A stretch of 63,928 bases of DNA, the filler included, from Octopus bimaculoides (Eukaryota), in NCBI RefSeq assembly GCF_001194135.2. It is 5 parts of 3 records of this genome, joined end to end, with 100 filler letters (N's around TTAATTAATTAA, not from the genome) between each part and the next. Parts side by side here need not be neighbours in the genome. Positions count along the whole stretch, not along the records: positions 29,241 to 46,530 come from NC_068989.1; positions 46,631 to 57,715 come from NC_068996.1; 3 more parts are not named here. One strand, written 5' to 3'. Both the position numbers and the translations under genes were made by a program. How positions within the stretch are numbered: position 1 is the first letter of the stretch; each line of letters begins with the position of its first letter. Of this stretch, positions 41,280-51,594 are shown one piece after another. The notes beneath the pieces were generated by a model, which made no database searches, was not told the DNA's origin, and worked only from the letters and a program-made list of their open reading frames with translations.

Positions 41280-41352
41280 GCTAGTCGTGTCTATTATAAC
41301 CTTCGAACAGGAGAGGTCAGCCTGTTCGAAGGTTATAATAGACACAACTAGC
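41280..41352. repeat. 32-bp-arm near-perfect hairpin
   Basis: gctagtcgtgtctattataaccttcgaacagg [agaggtcag] cctgttcgaaggttataatagacacaactagc, one mismatch. Confidence 0.95.
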
Positions 41353-43784
41353 TAGAAGGTTATAATGGACATAGCTAGCTAGAGGTGATGGTCTCTTGGA
41401 GTTAATCAATGGTAGCATTCGTCCTATTTTTCTGGGCTGCTTGGTGATAACTATTAATATCCAGTACCGCTGCTGTAGTCTCCTTTAGAGAGACTTAGAA
41501 ATATTAATATTTCTAATTTAGACAGAAAGTCACAGATTGAGAATTCATTAAATACCAACTTACTGAATACTACAAATATATCAATGTTCTTTCAATTATT
41601 TTTTATAGCTTAGTCATTTGAGAAGGTGTTGTGTACAGAGGTCTAGCAAAAAGAAAAAGACAAAAGAAATGAAAAAAAAAAACCAGAGGACTGGTTCAGA
41701 GGCCTGTAATAAAGTGAACTCTTCTTAGGCACCTAAAGAGGAGGTCTTAAGCAAGGCGATGGAATATGTCTGCCACTCAACAACTGTTTTCATCTACCTA
41801 ATTTTATGGAGTCTATAGGTGTCAATTCTTCCTAAAGTGTTGTGTAATGGTATCATATCTAGAAGAATATTACTACAAAGCTAATTTCTTAACCACACAG
41901 TCATACCAGCAGTATGATGCATAAAAATTTGTAAACTTCAAAAGTGTAGCACATCAACCTGTAGATAGACTAGCTCAGCAAGTAGTAGATAGGTATCTTA
42001 TTGTGGTACAACTCATTGCATGTAGTAGAATAGTGTGTAACTTGTGTATTTTGTAAGCTTCAATCATTAAGTTCAACTCAAGAGAAATACTTGAGAGAGA
42101 GAGAGAGAGAGAGCGAGAGGTCATAAACATTCAATAATGGAGGAGACAAAATATAGACAGCAGGTAAAGTAACTAGCTAAGCATTATCACTAATACATTC
42201 TGCTTTTAATTTGATAGAATTATTACATCATGGAAACTCTAGAAGAATGACAGGAATTGTATAGAAAACATGGAGTCCATAAAAAAATAAGGAGATCAGT
42301 AGGGAACCTGTATAAGAGTGATATGATCTATGGAGAAAATATAGGGTTGGAGGAAGAGATGGGATCTGTGAATGAGTGAACTGTGGATGGGGTGATGCAA
42401 ACTGAGGTGGAGAAAAATGAACAAGAGGAGAGATACAAACCATGAATGATGAACCATGAGACAATAACACATTGTTGAGGAATGATATAAAGCTTAAGTG
42501 AAAATTGATGATGATATTGTCAGCTTGTATAATAAGTTACAAGTAGTATAGTGAGATGAAAATGCATGTAATGCAAGTGCACAGAAATGTAAGTGGACAG
42601 AAAGATGTAGCGAGGGGAGAAGGCAGTGCGTGTGTGGTAGGAAGCATCTAGTGTTATTAAGTGACAGAAGATGCAAATGTATGAGAGAAAGAGCATATCT
42701 GTGTATGGAAGAAGCATGAACAATAGTATGTGTGAGAACATACAAATATGATGTGTGAAATAAAGTGCGGGCGTGTATGTATGTGAGTAATAGAAGACAA
42801 TCTTTTTAGGTATGTGTGTGAGTGTATGTGCACATACATACAATCATTCAAGTGTGTATGTGTGAGCCCATAATCAAGAATGTGTGTGAAAGAAAAAGAG
42901 ATAGTGCATATATGCATGATGGTATGACAAAATGGTTAAGAAGTTCACTTTATAATCATGGCATGATGGGTGTGTTGTCTCATAGCCTAGACTTAACCCT
43001 TAACCTCAGGAATGAAATTGAGTAGAAGGGAAATTGTATGGGAACTCATCAGATGGACTATACTTATTATCCAAAGATCCAGCATTATTTCTCACAGTTC
43101 CATGCTGATTCTGGCTAAGTATTATGTTAAAGGCACAATTCTCTATGAACTACTCAGCTACTAAACAAACTGGAATACTCATCATAGAAACTCATGGTAT
43201 ATGAGAGATGCTTAAACATATATACATATATGTTTCTGCATTTCTGTAGACAATTAACTCTGTGTGCATAAGCATACATAACAGTATGTGCATCCTGCTC
43301 TCTCTGCTTTTAATGTCCATTTTTCCACAATTCAGTGGATAAGACAAAATTTGATGAAGTAGATATTTATATGGCTGGATGAACTTCCTGTCATCTGTTC
43401 CCATGTAAAGTAATCATTCCCTAAGTCCTTCAAACATAAACAGAGTAATGGTTGGATTTCTTTTCATGAATAATGACAAAAGAATGACATTGCAGGTATG
43501 ACAGTGCAGTTTCTACATAGCTAGTATGCCCTATTGAGACAACAGGACATAAACAACACCACCTTCCTAATACACACACAAAGATACATATACATATATA
43601 CAAGCTACTTTCAGATTCAGTTTACCAAAGCCACTCACAAGGCTTAAGTCAGCCAGAATAAGAACAGCAATAACAATAGGGCTTTTCTATAAGTAAGTTA
43701 TCTCCCTTGGCTAGGTAGCGCTCCATGTAGACAATTAAACTTCCGCAGACTATCCACGCTATTGTTATTGTTTTACATCTTATC

Positions 43785-44042
43785 ATGGTACTTATCGAAG
43801 TACTTACTGTGCCTGAGTTAAAGAAATATTTAAGATTATATGGACAGTATGTTACTGGAAGAAAGGCGGACTTGACTGAAAGGCTGAAAGGTATAAAAAT
43901 TCTGTCAATGAAGAATGTCAACAGAGTAAATTCATTGGACGATAAGTCTGAAGTATCGGACGATACTTCAGACAGGAATAAGCAGAAGCTTATATCTCCT
44001 CTCGGTGAAGTATTGCCTGATCCCAATCTGCTTTCAGCATAG
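43785..44042 (+). CDS. SAP-domain ORF (85 aa), likely N-terminus of the transposon accessory protein
   Basis: LTVPELKKYLRLYGQYVTGRKADLTERL fits the SAP consensus (V.ELK..L...G...G.K..L..RL). Confidence 0.7.
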   Translation: MVLIEVLTVPELKKYLRLYGQYVTGRKADLTERLKGIKILSMKNVNRVNSLDDKSEVSDDTSDRNKQKLISPLGEVLPDPNLLSA

Positions 44043-45026
44043 CTTTCAGCAACCATTCACTGATTTGGCCATGAGCATGATGAGGTGTAGAAGAGTTAGG
44101 GACAGTCACACTATAAAGTCTAATAATTAGAGGAATATTAGATTCAATGCTGTAAATTTATTATTTAATCAAACAAACACAGACACACACACACACACAC
44201 ACACACACANNNNNNNNNNNNNNNNNNNNNNNNNNNNNNNNNNNNNNNNNNNNNNNNNNNNNNNNNNNNNNNNNNNNNNNNNNNNNNNNNNNNNNNNNNN
44301 NNNNNNNNNNNNNNNNNNNNNNNNNNNNNNNNNNNNNNNNNNNNNNNNNNNNNNNNNNNNNNNNNNNNNNNNNNNNNNNNNNNNNNNNNNNNNNNNNNNN
44401 NNNNNNNNNNNNNNNNNNNNNNNNNNNNNNNNNNNNNNNNNNNNNNNNNNNNNNNNNNNNNNNNNNNNNNNNNNNNNNNNNNNNNNNNNNNNNNNNNNNN
44501 NNNNNNNNNNNNNNNNNNNNNNNNNNNNNNNNNNNNNNNNNNNNNNNNNNNNNNNNNNNNNNNNNNNNNNNNNNNNNNNNNNNNNNNNNNNNNNNNNNNN
44601 NNNNNNNNNNNNNNNNNNNNNNNNNNNNNNNNNNNNNNNNNNNNNNNNNNNNNNNNNNNNNNNNNNNNNNNNNNNNNNNNNNNNNNNNNNNNNNNNNNNN
44701 NNNNNNNNNNNNNNNNNNNNNNNNNNNNNNNNNNNNNNNNNNNNNNNNNNNNNNNNNNNNNNNNNNNNNNNNNNNNNNNNNNNNNNNNNNNNNNNNNNNN
44801 NNNNNNNNNNNNNNNNNNNNNNAACATTAAAACAATTTCAATGTATTTATTATTTGAATGCAAAATACCTGTACATCAACACAACAATTATTAGATTAAA
44901 CATTCGTGTTTAGCCCAACGTACACCACTCAAATTTGTTTCCCTCTTGAATTTTAACATGTTCTAATCTGTTAATGAGGAGATAAATCAAAGAGAAATTT
45001 CACTCATCTACTAACTGCGTATATGA

Positions 45027-45305
45027 TCATGCACTTACTGATATTTTAAATACTTTGTTTGGAAAAACGGATGGCAAGGGGTGATCTTTCGATAGTCCAT
45101 TAAAATTGACGAAATGCTGGGAACACATTTGGCTATTTGCAGTGTAAACAAAGTCTTTCCTCACAAGTCTCGATCTCTGAAGCCAAATACGATGAATAGC
45201 TACGTTTGCAGGATATCTATGTAGTGAAATAACTTTGGCGTCTACATTCTTCCCTCTATAGTGGCTGCATATACAGCAGTATTCGTGTGATTTCTTTGGA
45301 GACAT
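45027..45305 (-). CDS. THAP zinc-finger ORF/exon, likely N-terminus of the transposase
   Basis: YCCIC...LHRYP...W...MCSQHF...LPSVFP is the C2CH THAP signature. A GTAAGT donor follows ...FKIS. Confidence 0.85.
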   Translation of the reverse strand: MSPKKSHEYCCICSHYRGKNVDAKVISLHRYPANVAIHRIWLQRSRLVRKDFVYTANSQMCSQHFVNFNGLSKDHPLPSVFPNKVFKISVSA

Positions 45306-45440
45306 ATTAATCGGTCAGTACAGTATGTGAGTCGTCTGCGGAAGTTAAAGCAAGTCACTGAGCATGCGTACATGTCATACGGGAGAATTCCAATCAGGGG
45401 TGGATAACAACCTTATAGGAACCCCCTATAGTAATAACCC

Positions 45441-45647
45441 TTCTACTATAGGCACAAGGCCTGAAATTTAGGGGAGGGGATAATCGATTAAATCGACCCA
45501 GTAGTCAACTGGTACTTATTTTATCGATCCCAAAAGTATGATAGGCAAAGTCGACCTCAGCAGAATTTGAACCCAGAATATAAAGACGGACGAAATATCA
45601 CTAAGCATTTTGCCCGGCATGCTAATAATTCTGCCAGTTTGCTGCTT

Positions 45648-45648
<1 letters not shown>
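45441..45648 (-). mobile_element. tRNA-headed SINE
   Basis: ggcaaagtcgacctcagcagaatttgaacccagaatataaagacggacgaaatatcactaagcattttgcccggcatgctaa. Confidence 0.85.
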
Positions 45649-45702
<54 letters not shown>

Positions 45703-46132
45703 TGCAGCAGCAGTAGTAGTAGTAGTAGTAATGGTTTCAAATTTTGGCTCAAGGCTAGTAATTTCAGGGAGGTGTTACATCAATTTCTTCAAGTCCAATG
45801 GGTACTTATTGTATCGACCTCAAAGAAATAATGATGATGATGATGATGATGATCATAATAATAATAATAATAATATAGAAACCACAGAGTACCAGAGAAT
45901 ACCGATAAAGTAACTAATGAACACAATCTGGATGGACATGTAATAGTAAGGACAGCACAAGATTTGAATGATGAAGAGGAGATTTTAGAAATGTTGTGAG
46001 GTAAAATGTCTGATGGGGAAAATGAGAGGCGCCCAGCCATCATTCATCTGAGAGTCCTTCTACAGAATGTCCTCAAATTTCTATACAGCATATTTTGCTT
46101 TTTTTCTTCCAGTATATAAGCAACAATTACAT

Positions 46133-46161
46133 TCCCGGGCAACGCCGGGTGCCTATGCTAG
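46133..46161 (+). mobile_element. Helitron-like 3' terminus
   Basis: cccgggcaacgccggg hairpin followed by ...ctagt. Confidence 0.6.
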
Positions 46162-46805
46162 TATATATATTTTTCGACTTCCTCCCTTTGTTTCTCCCTC
46201 TACCACTCTCTCTCTTCCCCTCGTTCTTCATCTTTACTACTACGTATCTCGCTTTACCCCTCTCGTTCTTCCTCTGTTACTACTACGTATCTCTTTTTTC
46301 CCCCTTGTACTTCCTCTCTTTCTCTTTTCCTCTCGTTGCTCACCTATTCTTCTACTTCCTCTCTTTGTTTCTCCCTCTGCCACTCTCTCTCTTCCCCTTA
46401 CACCAGCATGCTTCCGGTCAATAATCCTTTTCTTCCTTGGCTGTCGCCGAGCTAACACGCGAACCACTTTGTCTCTACTTTCAAGTACGTGTCTCACAGC
46501 GTTCATACACAAACAATTTTTCTCGTCTGGNNNNNNNNNNNNNNNNNNNNNNNNNNNNNNNNNNNNNNNNNNNNTTAATTAATTAANNNNNNNNNNNNNN
46601 NNNNNNNNNNNNNNNNNNNNNNNNNNNNNNGGTAACATTGATTTCAAGGCCTTCCTAGATGAGAGACTGGCATTTCACTTAATGTCTATGTTCCATGCTG
46701 GCATGGATTGGAGAGTTATTAATGTAGAAATATGGTATCGTAGCTACTAACAGTTGAGGGTTGCGTAGTCTAGACGGCGTTTTTAGATTTCATTATTCTC
46801 TTTAA

Positions 46806-46835
46806 CCCGGGCAAAGCCGGGTATTTCTGCTAGTA
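46806..46835 (+). mobile_element. Helitron-like 3' terminus (same family as the 33240-35712 element)
   Basis: cccgggcaaagccggg...ctgctagt. The segment at 46631 (ggtaacattgatttcaaggccttcc) matches 34433. Confidence 0.6.
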
Positions 46836-46936
46836 TATATATATATATATAAAATCAATCCAAACATGAGCAAGCAAGAAAAAAAAAAGCGAGGACGTGG
46901 AATCGGATGCTCAGGAAAGGAAAAAAAAGAAAGAGG

Positions 46937-46971
46937 ATTTCACGTTTCGAGCGGAGCTCTTCATCAGAAAT
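46937..46971 (-). ncRNA. Minimal hammerhead motif with GUG at the cleavage triplet
   Basis: Reverse strand reads ATTT-CTGATGA-A-GAGC[TCC]GCTC-GAAAC-GTG-AAAT. Confidence 0.7.
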
Positions 46972-47159
46972 ATAGAAAAAGTCCAAAGAAGGGAAGATGG
47001 AGAAAGAAAATCGACAACGATATACACGCGGTCACTATTTATATATAAATATATGCCAGAGTAAGCCCATAAATGTGAAACAAGGTGGGAAGAAATAGTA
47101 CTCGAATACCGAAGATAGAGTAATATGCTTTGTTATTAAAGCTGAAAAAACATCACAAA

Positions 47160-47201
47160 AACTGTTACTCAGTATTTCACGTTCCTGTTCGTCAAACAGT
47201 T
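47160..47201 (-). ncRNA. Degenerate type I hammerhead motif
   Basis: Reverse strand reads AACTGT-TTGACGA-ACA[GGAA]CGT-GAAA-TACTGA-GTA-ACAGTT. Perfect 6-bp stem I, C3U change, one stem II mismatch. Confidence 0.55.
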
Positions 47202-47215
47202 GTGGTTTTATATAT

Positions 47216-48402
47216 CATCATCATCATCGTTTAACGTCCTCGCTCGAATGTTTTTTCACGTGCCACCGGCACAAGTGCCAGTAAGGCATCGCTGGTAACG
47301 AACACGTTCGAATGGTGCTTTTTACGTGCCACCGGCATAGAAGCCAGTCAGCTGCTCTGGCAACGATCAAGTTTGGATGGTGCTGTTTGCGCTCCACTAG
47401 CACGGATGCCAGTCATCGAATTTGATTTCGATCTCACATGCCTCAACAGGTCTTCGCAAGCAGAGTTTAGTGTCCAATAAAGGAAAGGTATGCATAAGTG
47501 GGCTGGTTACAACCCTGGCATAGGCCATGGGTTATGGTCTCACTTGGCTTGCCGGGTCTTCTCAAGCACAGCATATTTCCAAAGGTTACTAGTTATTGCT
47601 TTGGTGAGGCCTAATGTTCAAAGGTATGTGCTTCACCACCTCATCCCAGGTCTTCCTGGGTATACCTCTTCCACAGGTTCCCTCAAACACTAGGGTGTGG
47701 CACTTTTTCACATAGTTATCCTCATCCATTCTTGCCACATGACCATACCAACGCAATCAGCTCTCTTGCACACAACTGATGCTTCTTAGGTCTAGCTTTT
47801 CTCTCAAGGCACTTATACTCTGTCGAGTATACACACTGTCATTACACATCCAGCGGAGCATACTAGCTTCATTCCTTGCGAGCTTACGCATGTCCTCAGC
47901 ATTCACGGCCCATGTTTCACTGCCATGTAGCATGGCTGTTCGTACACATGCGTCATACAGTCTGCCTTTTACTCTGAGCGAGAGACCCTTTGTCACCAGC
48001 AGAGGTAAGCTCTCTCTGAACTTCGCCTAGGCTATTCTTATTCTAGCAGCTACGCTTTCAGAGCACTCACCTCCGCTACTGACTTGGTCACCTAGTTAAC
48101 GGAATCTATCAACTGCCTGGAATGTGGCAGAAGTTGTTCTCTGCACATTTTCAGTGTTTATTGCTCCTGAGCATCTGCCACATACAAAATCTATCTTCCC
48201 AGTAAGCCTTCCTTTGATATTGCTGCACCTCTTATGTGTCCATAGCTTACACTGGTTACATCTTATGGAGTTTCTACCTATGCCTTTTCTACAGATCGAG
48301 CAGAGCCATCTACCTGAAGGGATTTGTGGTTTGTCTGCCTTCCTACTTATTAGGACTTTGGTTTTAGCTAGGTTGACTCTAAGGCCCTTCAATTCTAATC
48401 CT
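47216..48402 (-). pseudogene. 5'-truncated RTE-clade LINE (RT C-terminal part, 3' UTR, (GAT)n tail)
   Basis: KGLRVNLAKTKVL, a CSIC..C..C...H..C...C..C insert, VDRFRYLG...ARIRIA, KGRLYDACVRTAMLHGSETWA...LRWMC. Confidence 0.9.
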
Positions 48403-48464
48403 AAGACAGGTGGTGTTGAAAACAAACGGTTGTATTAGTGTAACGCTCGGGAATAGAGAAAGTC

Positions 48465-48498
48465 TTTAACGTTTCGAGCCTACGCTCTTCTACAGAAA
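48465..48498 (-). ncRNA. Variant minimal hammerhead motif (A6U)
   Basis: Reverse strand reads TTT-CTGTAGA-A-GAGC[GTAG]GCTC-GAAAC-GTT-AAA, within a PLE-like fragment at ~48403-48560. Confidence 0.55.
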
Positions 48499-48575
48499 TG
48501 AACACGGAAAGAAACAAGGAGAGAAAAATGTGTGTAGTGGTCAGCGATCTATCATGGTGAATATATGTATGTGTA

Positions 48576-48636
<61 letters not shown>

Positions 48637-48706
48637 CATGTGCACATGCACACTAAAACATGCATAAGAATGGAAGAGAGAGACATGGAGATAAAAATAG
48701 ACAGAC

Positions 48707-48772
<66 letters not shown>

Positions 48773-49859
48773 TGTTGAATGACTTGACTTACTGGAATAC
48801 CCTGGCTGCTGAAGCTGTATCAATGATTTCTCTTGCTTTAGCAGAAGAATAATTTTAAAAGAAATATTGGTTGAGGTTAGAGTGTGATGGCAAACAAAGG
48901 TCAACTTTGGTGGAATTTGAACTCAGGACGAGAATGAAAGGATTGAGAAAAGACTCCTTGCTCTTCAATGAAGCCATTACCAAAGGTTTTCAAGTTCCAC
49001 ATGAAAAGGAAGGTGAGAGTGGAGAGGAAAGTGCTCTTTTGTCAGTGAATTTGTAAAAAATGTTGGGTGGCTCTAACCAAAATGGTCAGAGGGATTGGCC
49101 CTACTCTAAGCATGCAGCTATAGGTTGGATTAGAAGAGGACTAGTGCCTTTACTGGTCAGGGTTAACCTTGGATCTGTGGTGTTCCTTGATTGGCCCCAG
49201 CTGGAGTTTCTCCGCTGCATCTTTCATGTTGTCACATACTTTGTATACTTCAATCTTATTTCACTGTCTTTGCCATTTCTTTCTCTTCCGCATCTCTTAC
49301 GTAAACCACTACAAGCCACTACTTGAATTAATCTTAACTTCCAATTCCATTTCTTCTTGTTTAGGTATTTTACTAGTTTAAAGTTGTTTCTTTTCTATTT
49401 GGGATTCACAGTGATTTATTTAAAAAGAACAAATTAAAAAACAGAAACAAAAGAAGCAACATGTGTTGCCGCAGTTGCAGACATGTATTGGGTGGGACTG
49501 AAGCAGTTAATTACATCATGGTAGAGTCATCGTAGACATTAGAAACATATACACACACACATGGACGCACACACATGAACGCACACACATGGACACACAC
49601 ACATGCACACACACACACACACGCGCGCATACACACACACGCATACACACATACACACAATACACACGCACAAACACAACACACACACACACAGTTATTT
49701 GTCTGCTGGATTTTGCAGGTCCAAGTTTACACTTATATTTTATTATGGTGATGATGGCGATGATGATGAAGACAGCAGTGGCAGTGGTAGTGGTGATGTT
49801 GTTGTTGATGATGACGAAGACGATGATGATGATCGTTTCTAAAGCATGAAAATGACCAG

Positions 49860-50290
49860 ATATTTGAGGCAAGGAGAACAGTAAAATATATTGATCCCAG
49901 TACTTTATTTTATCGACCCTATAAAAGGGATGTGAAAGGCAAAGATAATTTCGATGGGATTTAGACTTTCAACTCAAAGAGCTAGATGTGATACCGCAAA
50001 GAATATTGATTCCAACGCTTTAACAGTTCTGCTAATTAGCAGCAATAATAATTCTTTCAACTATAATTAACAGCAATAATAATGATAATGGATTTTTTTT
50101 CATTTTATTTAGGTACAAGGCCAGCAATTTTAAAGGGTGAAGATAAGCGAAAACCATTGGCTCCAGTGCTTGACTTGTACTTTAATATATTGACTCGTAC
50201 TTCAGTATATTGCCCCACCCCACCCCACCCCGAGGGATGAAAAGCAGAGTTGACAACAGAGTTGATATTCAAACTACAGTGGAAAAGGTT
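49860..50290 (-). mobile_element. Two adjacent diverged SINE fragments
   Basis: cccagtactttattttatcgaccc...gaaaggcaaag... and caaggccagcaatttt...ggatgaaaagcagagttgac. Confidence 0.6.
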
Positions 50291-50897
50291 AGCCACTGGA
50301 TTTGGTTAAAAAGAGATAATGAGTGATGGCTAAAAGAATATCGAGCTTTATTTGATAACCAGTTGATCTAGAAAGCGGGGTCTCATATCGGTGAGGAGGG
50401 CTGGTGCACAATGATGCTGTCGAGAGGTAGGCCCCGAAATGGTGCGCATTCTTTCCTGATGACCTCATACGCTTGCTGGCTTCTGGTATGCGGAGCTTTC
50501 GACTGGTAGCACTTGCATGTGCAAGTTGTTTGTAAAACACATAATTTAATTAGAGGATATGTTAACCTCATGAAGGGATGGTTGCATCCAAGGAAATACT
50601 GGTTCAATACCTAGTATTTTAGGGGGAATGAAATTGCCTTAAAACAATAGGTATATATTAAGCATATAGCTTATATCTATTTAAAAGAAAAGAAAATGGA
50701 GATAAAGAAGTTAATAACTGTTTATTATTAACAGAAAATTTTGCTGTTAATAATAAATAATTAACTTCCCACTCTCCATTTTCTTTTTTTTTTCTTTTAT
50801 ACGCACACACATACATACATACATATATACATACATATATGCATACATCCATACATACATCCATACATACATACATGCATACATACATACATACATG

Positions 50898-50929
<32 letters not shown>

Positions 50930-51083
50930 CATACATATACGCACACATCCATCCATACATACATACACCCATACATACATACATGCATACATACATACAT
51001 ACATACATACATGCATACATATATACATACATACATACATTCATACATATATACATACATGCATACATACATATATATGTGTA

Positions 51084-51406
51084 TAATAATCGATTAAGTA
51101 AACAGAAAATAGAATTGATATAATTCTTTATTTGTACGACGATCGTTTCGATCCATTCTGCGACTGTCCTTTATAGGCGGGATTCTGAGCATCATATTGT
51201 GTTGCATCAATCATGCAGTCTGAGTCACATTAGATATATTCATACATAAAGTCGTGTCTAACCCTGACCCAGACTGCAAGATTGATGCAACACAATATGA
51301 TGCACAGAATCCTATCTATAAAGGAGTCGCAGGATGAATCGAAACGATCGTTGTACAAATAAAGCGTTATACCAATTCCATTTTCTGTTTACTTAATCGA
51401 TTATTA
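51084..51406. repeat. Long foldback inverted repeat, ~140-bp arms and ~37-nt spacer
   Basis: taataatcgattaagtaaacagaaaat...gcatcatattgtgttgcatcaatc.tgcagtctg.gtca is mirrored at 51265-51406. Confidence 0.9.
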
Positions 51407-51543
51407 TTTCAACAAACACTGCGGAATTCGTGAAGTAGTTCCAAAGGAAATTTGCCCCAACACCAGGTAGCCCAAAACTGTGCCAGTGCTTTACTCAACA
51501 CAACAGCATACTAATTGACATATACACATTAGTCCAAAATATT

Positions 51544-51594
<51 letters not shown>

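Larger units (their letters stand above)
43678..45427. mobile_element. ISL2EU/PHIS-like DNA transposon, probably internally deleted
   Basis: Imperfect TIRs AGGGCTTTTCTATAAGTAAGTTATC and AGGGGGTTCCTATAAGGTTGTTATC (right end, reverse complement). AT on both flanks (43676-77, 45428-29). Convergent SAP and THAP ORFs inside. About 613 N in the middle. Confidence 0.75.

Noticed and set aside
50415-50450. CTGTCGA-GAGG-tagg-CCCC-GAAAT hammerhead-like string
   Set aside because: No convincing stem I or stem III, and no NUH site in register.
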